Sequence record: MW384823.1 | DNA: 64,000 nucleotides | Reading direction: 5' to 3' (one strand) | Shown here: in pieces, positions 18,474-28,172 of the stretch | Layout: each line of letters begins with the position of its first letter | Position numbering within the stretch: the stretch's first letter is position 1 | Notes under the pieces: generated by a model | The model's database searches: none | Told to the model about the DNA's origin: nothing | The model's input: only the letters and a program-made list of their open reading frames with translations | Made by a program: the position numbers and the translations under genes

Positions 18474-21203
18474 TTAGGCAGTTTCGTCATCCGGATTAAC
18501 GTCCAGAGGATCGGTATTGTCGCCATTATCCCCAGGGTTGTCTCCACCATCAGGGTCATCAGGGTCAAGTGGATTATCATCTGGATTGTCATCAGGATTA
18601 TCGTCCGGGTTATCGAGAGAATTATCGTCCAGCGGATTGTCGTCTGGGTTATCATCTAAAGGATTGTCGTCCATTGGATTATCCCCACCGCCACCACCAA
18701 AGTTATCATCCCCACCGCCGTCGCCACCCATGTCGCGCTGCTTAGCCAACGTCTCAATCTTACCAGCCGTTGTTTTGCCAAGCTGCATGATGGTGTTTGA
18801 AGCTTCGCGAATTTCATCACTGATCATCTTCACGGTCTCAGCACGTTTCTCTTTATCGTAAATCAGGTCGAAGAATTCATTCTCGATACCCTGTTTACGC
18901 AGCCACGTACGGACGTAGAAGTTCTTCACCATGGTCTTAATGGTGTTGGCATCCAGCGAGATACCCGCATCCTGCAACATCGTGGTAATGTCATCGGTCA
19001 CCACCAAGTCAGCCAGCTTCTCAATGAACTCTGTACGTTTGTCGAACAGTTCCATTTGTGAAGAGGCCGCAGAGGTATCTGGCGGCGGCAGGGTGACTTT
19101 AATGCCGTTGATAAACTGACGCATGTACATGGACGCTTTTGCCACGTACTGATCCTCAGAGGTATCCGGCTCTTTGTCTTTGATGTACTCCACACAGGCT
19201 TTCAGCAGTTCGGCTTGCAGGCTTGGTGAAGACAGCGTAGACGTCACGACGTAGCGGGTCAACGGCTTTTGCAGAATCTCCTGCTTCTTCATGATCTTCT
19301 GGGTAACCAGCAGAGACTTGGAGAAGATTTGAGACGCAAACTCGATGTTGTCCGGCGTCAGTACCAAATCCGGGTCAACGTCCGCGATGTGGCAAGTACG
19401 ACGCAGTAACTGCTCGTCGAGTTCCTTATCGGGCGCTTTGTAGTCCGGCGTGGTGTCCGACACAGACACTTTGCTGCTCGGGTAGTAATCGTTCCCTTCA
19501 ACGTTGAACGCAATACCTGAGTTGGTCGCCATCGACCAGATGTCATCCATGTTCCCCCACATCGGCTGGCGTCGGTTGAAGGAGTTCAGGATATCGGACT
19601 TCATGCGGGCAACAGTTTCTTCCCCGTTCATGGCATCCGGTGACAACTGAATGTCGTACTGCATGTGGCGGGCAGAGTTCAGGATAGAAGTGTTCATCGT
19701 GGCGAACAACAGCGCCATACGCACAGACGAGATAATGAAGGAACGTTCAGTGATAGACACACCAAAGCCGTCTTCATCAAAATCGGTTGCGAAGTAGCAC
19801 AGGTTCTCAGCCGGGATGTACACCACCTGCGTGTGACGTTTGGCCAGATGGCGGGTCAGCATGATACGGCCGAAGGTTTCCGACACGCTCATGTCCAGCT
19901 CAGCGCCACCGAGTGCATCGCCCAGCGCAACTGCTAACTGGTTTTCAGCAATCTCACCGAAACGGCTAATCAGACGGTTAGCAATCTCAGGTGTGACTTT
20001 CGCGTTACCTTCACCCATCCCGATGGCTGAGCGGTTAATGATGGAGTCCACCATACCGTCATTATTCAGGTAGTTCATGAAGTTCGCATCGCCGTACAGG
20101 GACGAACGTGCGTTGATGAAGTTACCCATTTCATCGACAATCGCCAGATAGCCAATTGGGTTCATCACGTCATCACCTAACACCAGCGGCATGGTGGATT
20201 CGGCAGGCAGCACACGTTCGGTGTATTCGACGTGGTTGACGTCGTCCATCATCGGCTTCTGCATCTCGCCGTACATCATGGTCTGCGGCGTGGTGCGATA
20301 CGTTTCGTTCAGGTCGGCGATATTGATACCGTCGTACTTGCGGTCTTGGCTCTCTTTAAAGCTGTCCGCTTCGAAAGTACCTGCCCCAGTAGGTGTTTGA
20401 GGCTTTTCATATGCAGTCTGTTCCAACTGCCCGTAAAAGGACGCCGAGGCGTTCTCGCGAGCAACACGACGGACGGTTTCCGGCATCAAGAAAACGTTGG
20501 GGTTGTCGGTCAGCGTCAGTTTGATGGAAGCTAAGTCACCGACTTTCTTCGAATCGAACAGCGCATCCAGTTTGATCTCGATGGTCTGCGGACCGTCAGG
20601 ACGCGTACGCCCATTCAGTATGCTTTCAATCCCAACCTTACGCTCATCCGGCTTAGAGATTTTACCGAGGATACCGCGCTGCTGATTAAAGAAATCAATG
20701 CGTTGATTCTTGACAGATTCTTGTGCGACCTTTGTGTCCAACCCAAACAGTTTATCAAACCCTGAGTCGGAGAGCAGAAGTACCGGCGTTGCACCTTTGA
20801 ATTTAAGGGCATCGTAAATCCACTTGTACAGCTTAGTCGGCAGCTGACGTTTGTTGTCGTGGAACTCACGTTCGATGCGTACCATCTCCTGACGCAGGTC
20901 AAGAGGCATCTCGGCTACGCAATCGTAAATAAGACTGGTGTTCACCAAGTCTTTCGACGACAACAGAGAAGAGGTGGCGATAGTGACAATCGTTTCGAGT
21001 TCAGGCAATGCCTGATAGATACGCTGTGCGTTCTTCGCTGTACGAATACGCGAACTGGCGATACCTGTCAGTTCTGAGCGAGTTGGTGTGGTGCCTCCCT
21101 CCTCGCGCTTACCGCGCTCTTGCGAACCGCTTGGGCCGGTTGCCTTGCGCAGGATGGCGCTAACTGCTGGGTCGCGCGCCTGTAACTTACTAATATCGTC
21201 CAT
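18474..21203 (-). CDS. Portal protein (phiKZ gp129/SPN3US gp81-type)
   Basis: 909 aa minus-strand gene in the conserved phiKZ-like position. Motifs IYQALPELETIV, PAESTMP, FATDFDEDGFG; candidate AXE sites AQE162 and ARE250; acidic C-terminal tail. Confidence 0.8.
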   Translation of the reverse strand: MDDISKLQARDPAVSAILRKATGPSGSQERGKREEGGTTPTRSELTGIASSRIRTAKNAQRIYQALPELETIVTIATSSLLSSKDLVNTSLIYDCVAEMPLDLRQEMVRIEREFHDNKRQLPTKLYKWIYDALKFKGATPVLLLSDSGFDKLFGLDTKVAQESVKNQRIDFFNQQRGILGKISKPDERKVGIESILNGRTRPDGPQTIEIKLDALFDSKKVGDLASIKLTLTDNPNVFLMPETVRRVARENASASFYGQLEQTAYEKPQTPTGAGTFEADSFKESQDRKYDGINIADLNETYRTTPQTMMYGEMQKPMMDDVNHVEYTERVLPAESTMPLVLGDDVMNPIGYLAIVDEMGNFINARSSLYGDANFMNYLNNDGMVDSIINRSAIGMGEGNAKVTPEIANRLISRFGEIAENQLAVALGDALGGAELDMSVSETFGRIMLTRHLAKRHTQVVYIPAENLCYFATDFDEDGFGVSITERSFIISSVRMALLFATMNTSILNSARHMQYDIQLSPDAMNGEETVARMKSDILNSFNRRQPMWGNMDDIWSMATNSGIAFNVEGNDYYPSSKVSVSDTTPDYKAPDKELDEQLLRRTCHIADVDPDLVLTPDNIEFASQIFSKSLLVTQKIMKKQEILQKPLTRYVVTSTLSSPSLQAELLKACVEYIKDKEPDTSEDQYVAKASMYMRQFINGIKVTLPPPDTSAASSQMELFDKRTEFIEKLADLVVTDDITTMLQDAGISLDANTIKTMVKNFYVRTWLRKQGIENEFFDLIYDKEKRAETVKMISDEIREASNTIMQLGKTTAGKIETLAKQRDMGGDGGGDDNFGGGGGDNPMDDNPLDDNPDDNPLDDNSLDNPDDNPDDNPDDNPLDPDDPDGGDNPGDNGDNTDPLDVNPDDETA
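18490..18725 (-). repeat. Low-complexity coding repeat (DDNP/DNP) at portal C-terminus
   Basis: GGDDNFGGGGGDNPMDDNPLDDNPDDNPLDDNSLDNPDDNPDDNPDDNPLDPDDPDGGDNPGDNGDN. Confidence 0.8.
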
Positions 21204-21218
21204 TGGGGTCTCCGGAAA

Positions 21219-23402
21219 ATGCAGAGGTTCAATATCTTTAGAGACCAGTCCATCCAGTTGGCGATGTCTTTGATTTTTAAATCAGAAGCCATTGCTGAGC
21301 AGATGAATCTGGCTATAACCGAGAATGGCGGTTATGTGTCGAATGACCGCACAACGTGGCGGTACTACCTGCATCTAGCAGGTCGTCGACATGAAATCGA
21401 CAAACCGATTCTGTTTAAATCGGTCGAAAGCGGCGAGGAAATAGAGCTTACGGTGGCCAACTTGGCTATTCATAAGAAAACCTCGAACGTCTATCGTTCC
21501 AACACCGAGTATATCGAAAACCTCATCGAGGCGTATCCCGACTACGCGGTCTATATAAAAGGTGTCTTTTGGCCTGTGAGTTTGGAACGGGCCATCTCCC
21601 TAAATGATTGCAGTATCATGTACTACGACTCGAAGTATGTCGAAGCGCAAGAGCAATCATTGATTCACGATTTAGAAGCAAAGATTCGTGCCACACACGT
21701 CCGATATTTTGCCCAAGGATGGCGTGTACACAACGATGCGTTCGTGCTGGCGTTCTACGACATGCTCTACCCTATGTTGCCTGCCTTTATCATGCAGCTG
21801 CGACAGGAGAAGCAGTTCACCGTTGAAACGCACAGTTACTACGTCACCGAGTTCTTGGCCTCGCACCAAGAGCTGCACGAGTTTATTCCTTACCTAACTC
21901 AGAAGCAGATGTTCACGCTGTACCGTAACATCCGTTATTGGGAACGCAACTCCGGCAAGAAAGAAATCTTCGACTGGATGGTGGAAACCCTCCTGACCGG
22001 TTGGAGTATGCCTGCCGTGGCGTACAATGTTGGCCAGTTAATCCATGACCCCACTACCGGGTCGGATGAAGATTTAACGCCGAAGCCAACAGGGTACCAG
22101 CAAGCTCTGAACTATACAGAGCGTACGTCTGGCCGTGATTTGGATTTGGTTGCAACCGCTGACCTTATCCAGAAAGAGTTGTCGTTGGCCTCCGAAAATG
22201 GCCAGCACCAAGTTGAGTACCAGACGGACTTAGACACTCGACTAGGTCTGACGCAATATCCGAACCTGTCCACGAAGCTTGTCGAAGTGACCGCCATTGA
22301 CCCCGAAGCGATTGAGCGTTGGGAGTACATGCACGGCCTCTTTAATGAGTGGTTGCACTTAACGGCCAGTGGAAAGTATAACATTTATCACGACATCCTT
22401 AACCCAACGAACGGGGACACGCTGAAACTCTCGTCCAAAGAGTTGTTCGCGCTGTACCTGTATGCCGGGTTCAAAGGGTTCTCCAATATTGAGTTGACCA
22501 CCATCCCTGCGTTCCATGCGATGGGCGTCCAGATTAAACGCTGGATTACCCCGGAGGAAATGCACAACGCAATCTACCCAGAGAGCTGGGCTGGCCGTTA
22601 CGATGGCTTGGTTAACTATTTCGCTGACACACAGTACGAGGTCATTGGGACGCTGACCAGCAACGATGAGTTGTTCGATGCAGTCTCCACGATGTTAGAT
22701 AATAAACGTAAGCGCTACAGTTATGTTTATAACCGTCGTAAGATTCCCGACCGTGCAGCGGGCCTGCAATTGTTTGCCTACATGTATCGCAGCTACCGCT
22801 GTGATTTAGATCTGCCGTATACGGACTATGAAGAGTTCTTCAGAACGTACGGAATCGACCACACATTGATTTCGAACGAGACGTGGCAGGACATTGCAAC
22901 CGATGCGTTCAATATTGCAACTAACATGGAGAACCGGGCGGTTCTGTCTCAGGGTGAGATACAACGTGCAATGGTGAGACTGATGAGTAAACTCTCGTCG
23001 TACACCATCCACTTCGCTGCACGTATGGCCTCTGACTCCTACGACATTACCGATCCTATCACACCGATTCTTGGGGATATACCGGCATCTGCACACGCGT
23101 CGATGTCGGTTGACCATCCCCATACCGGGGTGCAGGATGTGGCTGTGAAGTCGAAGATGTCCACCTCAACACCGCTCGCGGTGATGCCCGATATCGTCGC
23201 CTTAAAAGCACCCCGTCGTTTGCGATACCAGATGGACATCGCGATGGGTATTCAGGTAACGATGCATCAGCATCAGGTGGTTAACATTTCTGAGCCGTTA
23301 GTGGGCGTGGACGTTACTGTAAATGTAAAAGACAAAGCCTACTTGAGCGATAAGATTGGGAAGCGTGCCCTCGATGGCTTTATTAAGGGCGAGTATTTCT
23401 AA
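21219..23402 (+). CDS. Large virion structural protein (phiKZ gp128-like)
   Basis: 727 aa; WRYYLHLAG and LYRNIRYWERNSGK motifs; divergent from portal as in phiKZ-like phages. Confidence 0.65.
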   Translation: MQRFNIFRDQSIQLAMSLIFKSEAIAEQMNLAITENGGYVSNDRTTWRYYLHLAGRRHEIDKPILFKSVESGEEIELTVANLAIHKKTSNVYRSNTEYIENLIEAYPDYAVYIKGVFWPVSLERAISLNDCSIMYYDSKYVEAQEQSLIHDLEAKIRATHVRYFAQGWRVHNDAFVLAFYDMLYPMLPAFIMQLRQEKQFTVETHSYYVTEFLASHQELHEFIPYLTQKQMFTLYRNIRYWERNSGKKEIFDWMVETLLTGWSMPAVAYNVGQLIHDPTTGSDEDLTPKPTGYQQALNYTERTSGRDLDLVATADLIQKELSLASENGQHQVEYQTDLDTRLGLTQYPNLSTKLVEVTAIDPEAIERWEYMHGLFNEWLHLTASGKYNIYHDILNPTNGDTLKLSSKELFALYLYAGFKGFSNIELTTIPAFHAMGVQIKRWITPEEMHNAIYPESWAGRYDGLVNYFADTQYEVIGTLTSNDELFDAVSTMLDNKRKRYSYVYNRRKIPDRAAGLQLFAYMYRSYRCDLDLPYTDYEEFFRTYGIDHTLISNETWQDIATDAFNIATNMENRAVLSQGEIQRAMVRLMSKLSSYTIHFAARMASDSYDITDPITPILGDIPASAHASMSVDHPHTGVQDVAVKSKMSTSTPLAVMPDIVALKAPRRLRYQMDIAMGIQVTMHQHQVVNISEPLVGVDVTVNVKDKAYLSDKIGKRALDGFIKGEYF

Positions 23403-23427
23403 TCTATTGACATAAGCGAGAAATTGT

Positions 23428-23952
23428 ATGCCGTATCGTATCGACCTATCGAAACCACCCCACGAAATACTGGTGAATCGCATCAACTACGTCTGGGGTA
23501 CATCTTATAGACCAGACCAAATTGAATTCAACAGTCGTGGTGCATGGCCGCTGACGAAAGAAGAACGACGCGCGCGTGGCGTCGAATCTAAAATCGCGGC
23601 CCGATTCAAAAACGGGGTAATGGGCTTTCAGGAGTTCCACCTTACCCGTGCCGACCTGACCGAATTGCTGGAAGGGGTTGTGGTAGAAGTTCCGATGGGT
23701 ATTACGTGGAGCCACTACCTCGTTCCTTACATCATTGATGAGTTAGGTCTACAGCTGGGGCCGTACGATCTGGTGATTGAACCGTTAGCGGAGAATTTTA
23801 CCACGTATGTTGCACGCATCGAACCCCATCACCCTGCCTTCAAAGGGACGATTGATATCAAGTTCGTTGACCCGACCCCACGTAAGTTAACCGACCTCGT
23901 CACGAAATACAAACTTGACGGATTCCGCGTAGGAGAATTTTTCGATGGCTAA
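23428..23952 (+). CDS. Virion protein consisting of a single copy of the tail-paralog N-terminal module
   Basis: 174 aa; R.DL.ELL / LVPYI..ELGLQL..YDL / HPAFKG / LTDLVT..KLDGF match the N-terminal module of the 55.9-63.5 kb array. Confidence 0.55.
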   Translation: MPYRIDLSKPPHEILVNRINYVWGTSYRPDQIEFNSRGAWPLTKEERRARGVESKIAARFKNGVMGFQEFHLTRADLTELLEGVVVEVPMGITWSHYLVPYIIDELGLQLGPYDLVIEPLAENFTTYVARIEPHHPAFKGTIDIKFVDPTPRKLTDLVTKYKLDGFRVGEFFDG

Positions 23953-24829
23953 TACCAAGGTGTATGACGGTAAGTTGTCTACAGCGACACTTAGCGCCAT
24001 GCGTTTAGCAAGTGCGTTGATTTGTGGTGCGGATGTAAAGTACCCACAGAACTCGACGCTCAATGAGTTTTTCAAACTGATGACCGGTAAGCTGCCCGAT
24101 CCCACGGTTCGCCCCAGTCTGAAGTACATGTCCATCGGCTTCGCAGGTCACAAATCCATCAAGGTGAAAAACATTGACAGTTTTGTGCCGATTGCGAAAA
24201 GTCCTACTGCCTCGGGGATGTTCAGTCACGTCCCGTTTGTGCTGCGCACCCTTGATAATGACCTGAGTGATGAGCAGCGTAAAGATTACGCGTTCCGTAC
24301 CCAAGTCAACGTCGAAGGCCGCAACTACTGGGCGTATTACCTGAAACGTCTGGATATGCGTTCGGTGCAGACAACCGACCTCGAAACCATCCGTGAAAAC
24401 GGCGTGGCGAAGACGGAAGACTTTGTCTACAAAGACAGCGACCTGAACCCGATTCCAAAAGACCTGCCGGACTACGACTACGATGACGACAGCACGGTTC
24501 AGATCCCGGACGGTCGTTACGTTCAGTCGGGCTGCGATATCGTTATCAACTGGACAGAGTTCGACATTCAGGAATACCTGAACGTGGCTGCTATCATGTT
24601 GGGCGATGCCGGTTCCGCTATCGTGTCTGAAATCGCGCTGTGTTCTGGCGTGGACTTCACCACGGGTGGCCAGTCTGCAACCGGTTCACCGTTCTCGTAC
24701 GAAGAAGCAATTGGGGTACAGGTACTGTACCACATCAGCCTCTTTACTAACCTTGCACAAACCAACGACCAGCTGGGTCTGACGATTCGTGTGGGTCAGC
24801 CTGCGCCGTTCTATCTGGGACAAGCGTAA
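23945..24829 (+). CDS. Virion structural protein
   Basis: 294 aa; GMFSHVPFVLRTLDNDL and YWAYYLKRL motifs recalled from phiKZ-like virion proteins. Confidence 0.6.
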   Translation: MANTKVYDGKLSTATLSAMRLASALICGADVKYPQNSTLNEFFKLMTGKLPDPTVRPSLKYMSIGFAGHKSIKVKNIDSFVPIAKSPTASGMFSHVPFVLRTLDNDLSDEQRKDYAFRTQVNVEGRNYWAYYLKRLDMRSVQTTDLETIRENGVAKTEDFVYKDSDLNPIPKDLPDYDYDDDSTVQIPDGRYVQSGCDIVINWTEFDIQEYLNVAAIMLGDAGSAIVSEIALCSGVDFTTGGQSATGSPFSYEEAIGVQVLYHISLFTNLAQTNDQLGLTIRVGQPAPFYLGQA

Positions 24830-25479
24830 TGTTGATACCTGAACCGCGTCTCCCGGACAACATGGTGCGGATTGTGGGTGTCGACCCCGGCACCTCACAT
24901 CTCGGGTTAGCGGTTCTGGATTGGGAATACGGCACGGAGCAAGCCGAAGTGGTGTGGGCAGAAACCCTGCACGTCAAAGACCCGACACACGACTCCAGCT
25001 TTGGAGAAACAGTGGGGCGACGTGATGCCCGCATGATACAACTCGAAGCGTTATTCGAGGAGTTCCTTCGGTTAGCCCGACCGACGTTCCTTGCAACAGA
25101 AACCCCGTTCATGAAGCGGGGTAAGCTATCCGCGTATGAGTCTGGTGTTGAATTGCAATTGATGTTGCGCCGTTCCTTGTGGCGCGTCTTTCCGACGAAA
25201 GTCATTCACGGTTATCACCCCATTATTGTGAAATCTTATGTTGGTGTTGATGCGAGAGGCACTGATAAGGAAGACATGAAACGGGCAGTCCAAAAACTGT
25301 ACGCGAATCACACCCATGTCGACCTCAGTACCTTGGACGAGCACAGCAACGATGCCGTTGCGGTGTGTAACATCTTCGTGAGGCTTTCACTGCTCAATTT
25401 AAACAGTCTCCTGCCGCCCAAAGAGAAGAAACCGAAAGGCTCCTTTTCCAAACGACGGCGTAAACGGAAAAGGGGTTAA
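24829..25479 (+). CDS. ruvC: RuvC-like Holliday junction resolvase
   Basis: IVGVDPGTSHLG, LATETPF, K..VG..G.DKEDM...V, DEHSNDAVAV. Confidence 0.9.
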   Translation: MLIPEPRLPDNMVRIVGVDPGTSHLGLAVLDWEYGTEQAEVVWAETLHVKDPTHDSSFGETVGRRDARMIQLEALFEEFLRLARPTFLATETPFMKRGKLSAYESGVELQLMLRRSLWRVFPTKVIHGYHPIIVKSYVGVDARGTDKEDMKRAVQKLYANHTHVDLSTLDEHSNDAVAVCNIFVRLSLLNLNSLLPPKEKKPKGSFSKRRRKRKRG

Positions 25480-25481
25480 CC

Positions 25482-26036
25482 ATGTCACTGTCTCAACAGG
25501 ATGCTACCGCACAAGCGTTAGATGTCCTTATTCAAGCGGGCACCAACAAGCTCAGCCTTGAAGAGGCCAGTAAAGTGAAAGACGCAGCAGCTGCACTCGG
25601 TCACGCGGATATCATCGACGTCACCAAGCCAGCCAGCGTCATTCTGTCTGCTCTGCGCCCGATGTTAATCGCGCAGATTGGTCAGTTGGCGGACAACCTC
25701 GAACAGCGCGCAGTCGGTGCTGTAGAGGGGCTGGATGCGAAGTACGGTAAAGAAACCATGATGACGCTCTGGCCGAACTTTGGCCGTGGGGTGAAATTCA
25801 TCGTGATTCTGTTAGCGTTGGCCACCGTTGCCATTGCGGGGTACCTTGCGTACTACACCATGCACACGCCAGAAATGGACTCGCTGGATGTGGCTATCGT
25901 GGGTCTCACCCCGTTGTTTGGACTGGCGGTGTTCTGCACTTGGCCAATTAAAACGCTGGCGTACAGTTCGATGACGATTGCAGCCAAAGTCGTTGAGGCG
26001 AAACTCCAGAAAAGAGCGACTGATACCAAGTCGTAA
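25482..26036 (+). CDS. Membrane protein with two predicted TM helices
   Basis: 184 aa; FIVILLALATVAIAGYLAYY and VAIVGLTPLFGLAVFCTWPI. Confidence 0.7.
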   Translation: MSLSQQDATAQALDVLIQAGTNKLSLEEASKVKDAAAALGHADIIDVTKPASVILSALRPMLIAQIGQLADNLEQRAVGAVEGLDAKYGKETMMTLWPNFGRGVKFIVILLALATVAIAGYLAYYTMHTPEMDSLDVAIVGLTPLFGLAVFCTWPIKTLAYSSMTIAAKVVEAKLQKRATDTKS

Positions 26037-26040
26037 GTCT

Positions 26041-26073
26041 CTCGCCCTTCGGGGCGAGGTCTTTTTCTTTTTT
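26041..26073 (+). terminator. Intrinsic terminator
   Basis: ctcgccc-TTCG-gggcgag plus T-tract. Confidence 0.8.
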
Positions 26074-26123
26074 GTCTTAATACGCGAGTTGTAATTTATG
26101 TGAAAACCATTAAGGGGACTATC

Positions 26124-26747
26124 ATGAAACTTTTACAAGTGCGCGACCGCACTGTGTTACTCCCAGCCGTTGGCTTGTTAAACACAATACCCAAGCTGCC
26201 GAACATGGTGCTGAATGAAGAGAACCGCAAACTGATCATCGTCAGCATGCTTGAAGAACGGACATGGATAAACTATCGGACCCTGCCAAGCGGGTATTCG
26301 CTGCGTCAGCCACCGTATGCGGGTCAAACCATGTATTTGCTTACATCGCTGTACCCCCATGTGAAGAAAGACGATGCCCAGTATGCCAACTCGCTGCTGT
26401 CTACTGCGGTCGGTAAGCTATTGGGTGCGTCGTACGGCCGAGCACCCGAAGATTACCCTGAGACGGGTGCAGACGCCGGTTTCCCGAGTGGTGCGCAAAT
26501 CTTTGACCACGGTGTCTCATTTCACTGGTACAAAGGTTTCCTGCATGTGAAATGGCTCCGACCCGTGCTTAACATGCAAGAGATGTCAGTGGCCTCTTAC
26601 TTTGATTTCGTCCGCAATGCGGTCGGTGACAGAGAAGTGGCCGGACGCACAATCAAACAACTGATGGAGACCATCCAAGTGGGGGATTTCCTCAGTGATG
26701 TCAATCAAGATTTTCTGGAGAAGTGCCTATGCTCTACATCGAAGTGA
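26124..26747 (+). CDS. Hypothetical protein
   Basis: ATG 26124 after SD aagggg (track start 26100). Confidence 0.65.
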   Translation: MKLLQVRDRTVLLPAVGLLNTIPKLPNMVLNEENRKLIIVSMLEERTWINYRTLPSGYSLRQPPYAGQTMYLLTSLYPHVKKDDAQYANSLLSTAVGKLLGASYGRAPEDYPETGADAGFPSGAQIFDHGVSFHWYKGFLHVKWLRPVLNMQEMSVASYFDFVRNAVGDREVAGRTIKQLMETIQVGDFLSDVNQDFLEKCLCSTSK

Positions 26748-27205
26748 GTCCCGATAAGGTCTCCGGCGACCTGTTCCCCGGATTACGTAAATGGATTGAT
26801 GACCAGAACGAACACCGGGGACAATCCATCCGCGTGGTGATGGCGGTGGAAGACGATATCCCGATGGGTGTTATGGCGTATGCCGACGGTCAGGTACTCT
26901 ACATCTACGTGCCGAAAGAATCGCGCCGGGGTGGTGTGGGTACTGCTTTACTGAAACGTGCCGTGCTGGAAAGTAAAAGCTCGGTAGTCAGTGCCAAAGT
27001 CCATCCATCGAACGTTGACGGAATATGTTTCATGCTCAAGTGCGGCTTCGCTATTGATGGTGTCGTCATTGGTTTGGATAATGTACGCTATCATCGTATG
27101 ACGAATAACATCGTCGTTGTACATACGCCGCCGGAGGAGAAGCACTTAGAAACGTTTGTGACGAATGTGCCGATATTTTTATCGATGGCGGAAGGTAATT
27201 TCTAG
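26729..27205 (+). CDS. GNAT-family acetyltransferase
   Basis: YIYVPKESRRGGVGTALL (motif A), V...N..GICFMLKCGF (motif B); ATG 26729 with SD ggag. Confidence 0.85.
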   Translation: MLYIEVSPDKVSGDLFPGLRKWIDDQNEHRGQSIRVVMAVEDDIPMGVMAYADGQVLYIYVPKESRRGGVGTALLKRAVLESKSSVVSAKVHPSNVDGICFMLKCGFAIDGVVIGLDNVRYHRMTNNIVVVHTPPEEKHLETFVTNVPIFLSMAEGNF

Positions 27206-27221
27206 CCGCGAGATTATAACA

Positions 27222-27707
27222 ATGTTACGTGTTGTGTACGAGACACGACGCTTGGACGATGTCCAATCGAAGCCTGTTAGTCGTGCTGAAATCGTGCCCG
27301 CCTCGGCGGTGGACAGAGTAGCGTCCACACTTCGGGGTGTGCCGGTGAAGTTTACGCAGTGCGACGAACATCGCGAGAACAAACCTTATAAGACTATACC
27401 GGCAATGCGGCCCAGTAAGCGTAAAAGTTATGCCGACTTAAAGCAAAGACTTTATCGGCATTACCGTCGAAGTGCTTGGAAACAGTTAGTGATGTTAGTC
27501 ATTGACGATTTCATCAAGAACCTCGAGTGGGAGGAAGTGCTTAAAGAGGCGGGATTCCGTACTCATTCTTTCACGTACCACTGGCATCAATTCAAAAAAC
27601 AGTACGACCACGAACTTCGTTGGTCACCTGCAACCCAAAAGATGTTTGCGCGTCTTGAGGGGCAGGACTGGCTCCTACCGTATATGGAAGAGGACAAAAA
27701 AATATGA
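27222..27707 (+). CDS. Hypothetical protein
   Basis: ATG 27222 just after the upstream stop; 161 aa. Confidence 0.6.
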   Translation: MLRVVYETRRLDDVQSKPVSRAEIVPASAVDRVASTLRGVPVKFTQCDEHRENKPYKTIPAMRPSKRKSYADLKQRLYRHYRRSAWKQLVMLVIDDFIKNLEWEEVLKEAGFRTHSFTYHWHQFKKQYDHELRWSPATQKMFARLEGQDWLLPYMEEDKKI

Positions 27708-28096
27708 TGCGCATTGTAGCAGCTTTTATTTTAACGGTTATTTCGTTTACAGTTTCTGCAAACTTTAATCCCTACGTAATGGAAGGGTTCAAACCTTCCA
27801 ATCCGGGGGATGTCCGTGTGAAGTTTACCGAGTTGGATAACCCCACCACGGTAGCGGAGCATGGCGGGTTTGCTGTCGTGAATACAGGACGGTCAGAGAA
27901 ATGCCCCGCAGGGGGTTTCTATCTGGTCAACCTGACCCGCAAGACGTATCAGTTTGTCGATGCGGGTTCCTGTCAAAAGGATATTCGTGTGTCCCTGTCT
28001 GGGCCATACCCAGACAAACTCTCGGTCGTGACGGAGATTTTGACATTTACTTACAAAGACATTATCACCGCGCGATACCCACTCTACAGTTACTGA
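27704..28096 (+). CDS. Secreted/periplasmic protein with Sec signal peptide
   Basis: MMRIVAAFILTVISFTVSA|NF signal; two Cys (EKCP, GSCQ). Confidence 0.7.
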   Translation: MMRIVAAFILTVISFTVSANFNPYVMEGFKPSNPGDVRVKFTELDNPTTVAEHGGFAVVNTGRSEKCPAGGFYLVNLTRKTYQFVDAGSCQKDIRVSLSGPYPDKLSVVTEILTFTYKDIITARYPLYSY

Positions 28097-28104
28097 GTGG
28101 TTTT

Positions 28105-28138
28105 TCTCTCCCTTCGGGGAGAGATCATTTTATTTTTT
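28105..28138 (+). terminator. Intrinsic terminator
   Basis: tctctccc-TTCG-gggagaga plus T-tract. Confidence 0.8.
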
Positions 28139-28172
28139 AAGTCACCGGTGAATGCTATAGGAGGTGTCAATC

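Noticed and set aside
18517-18861. Ser/Gly/Leu-rich + strand ORF
   Set aside because: Reverse reading of the portal DDNP repeat.
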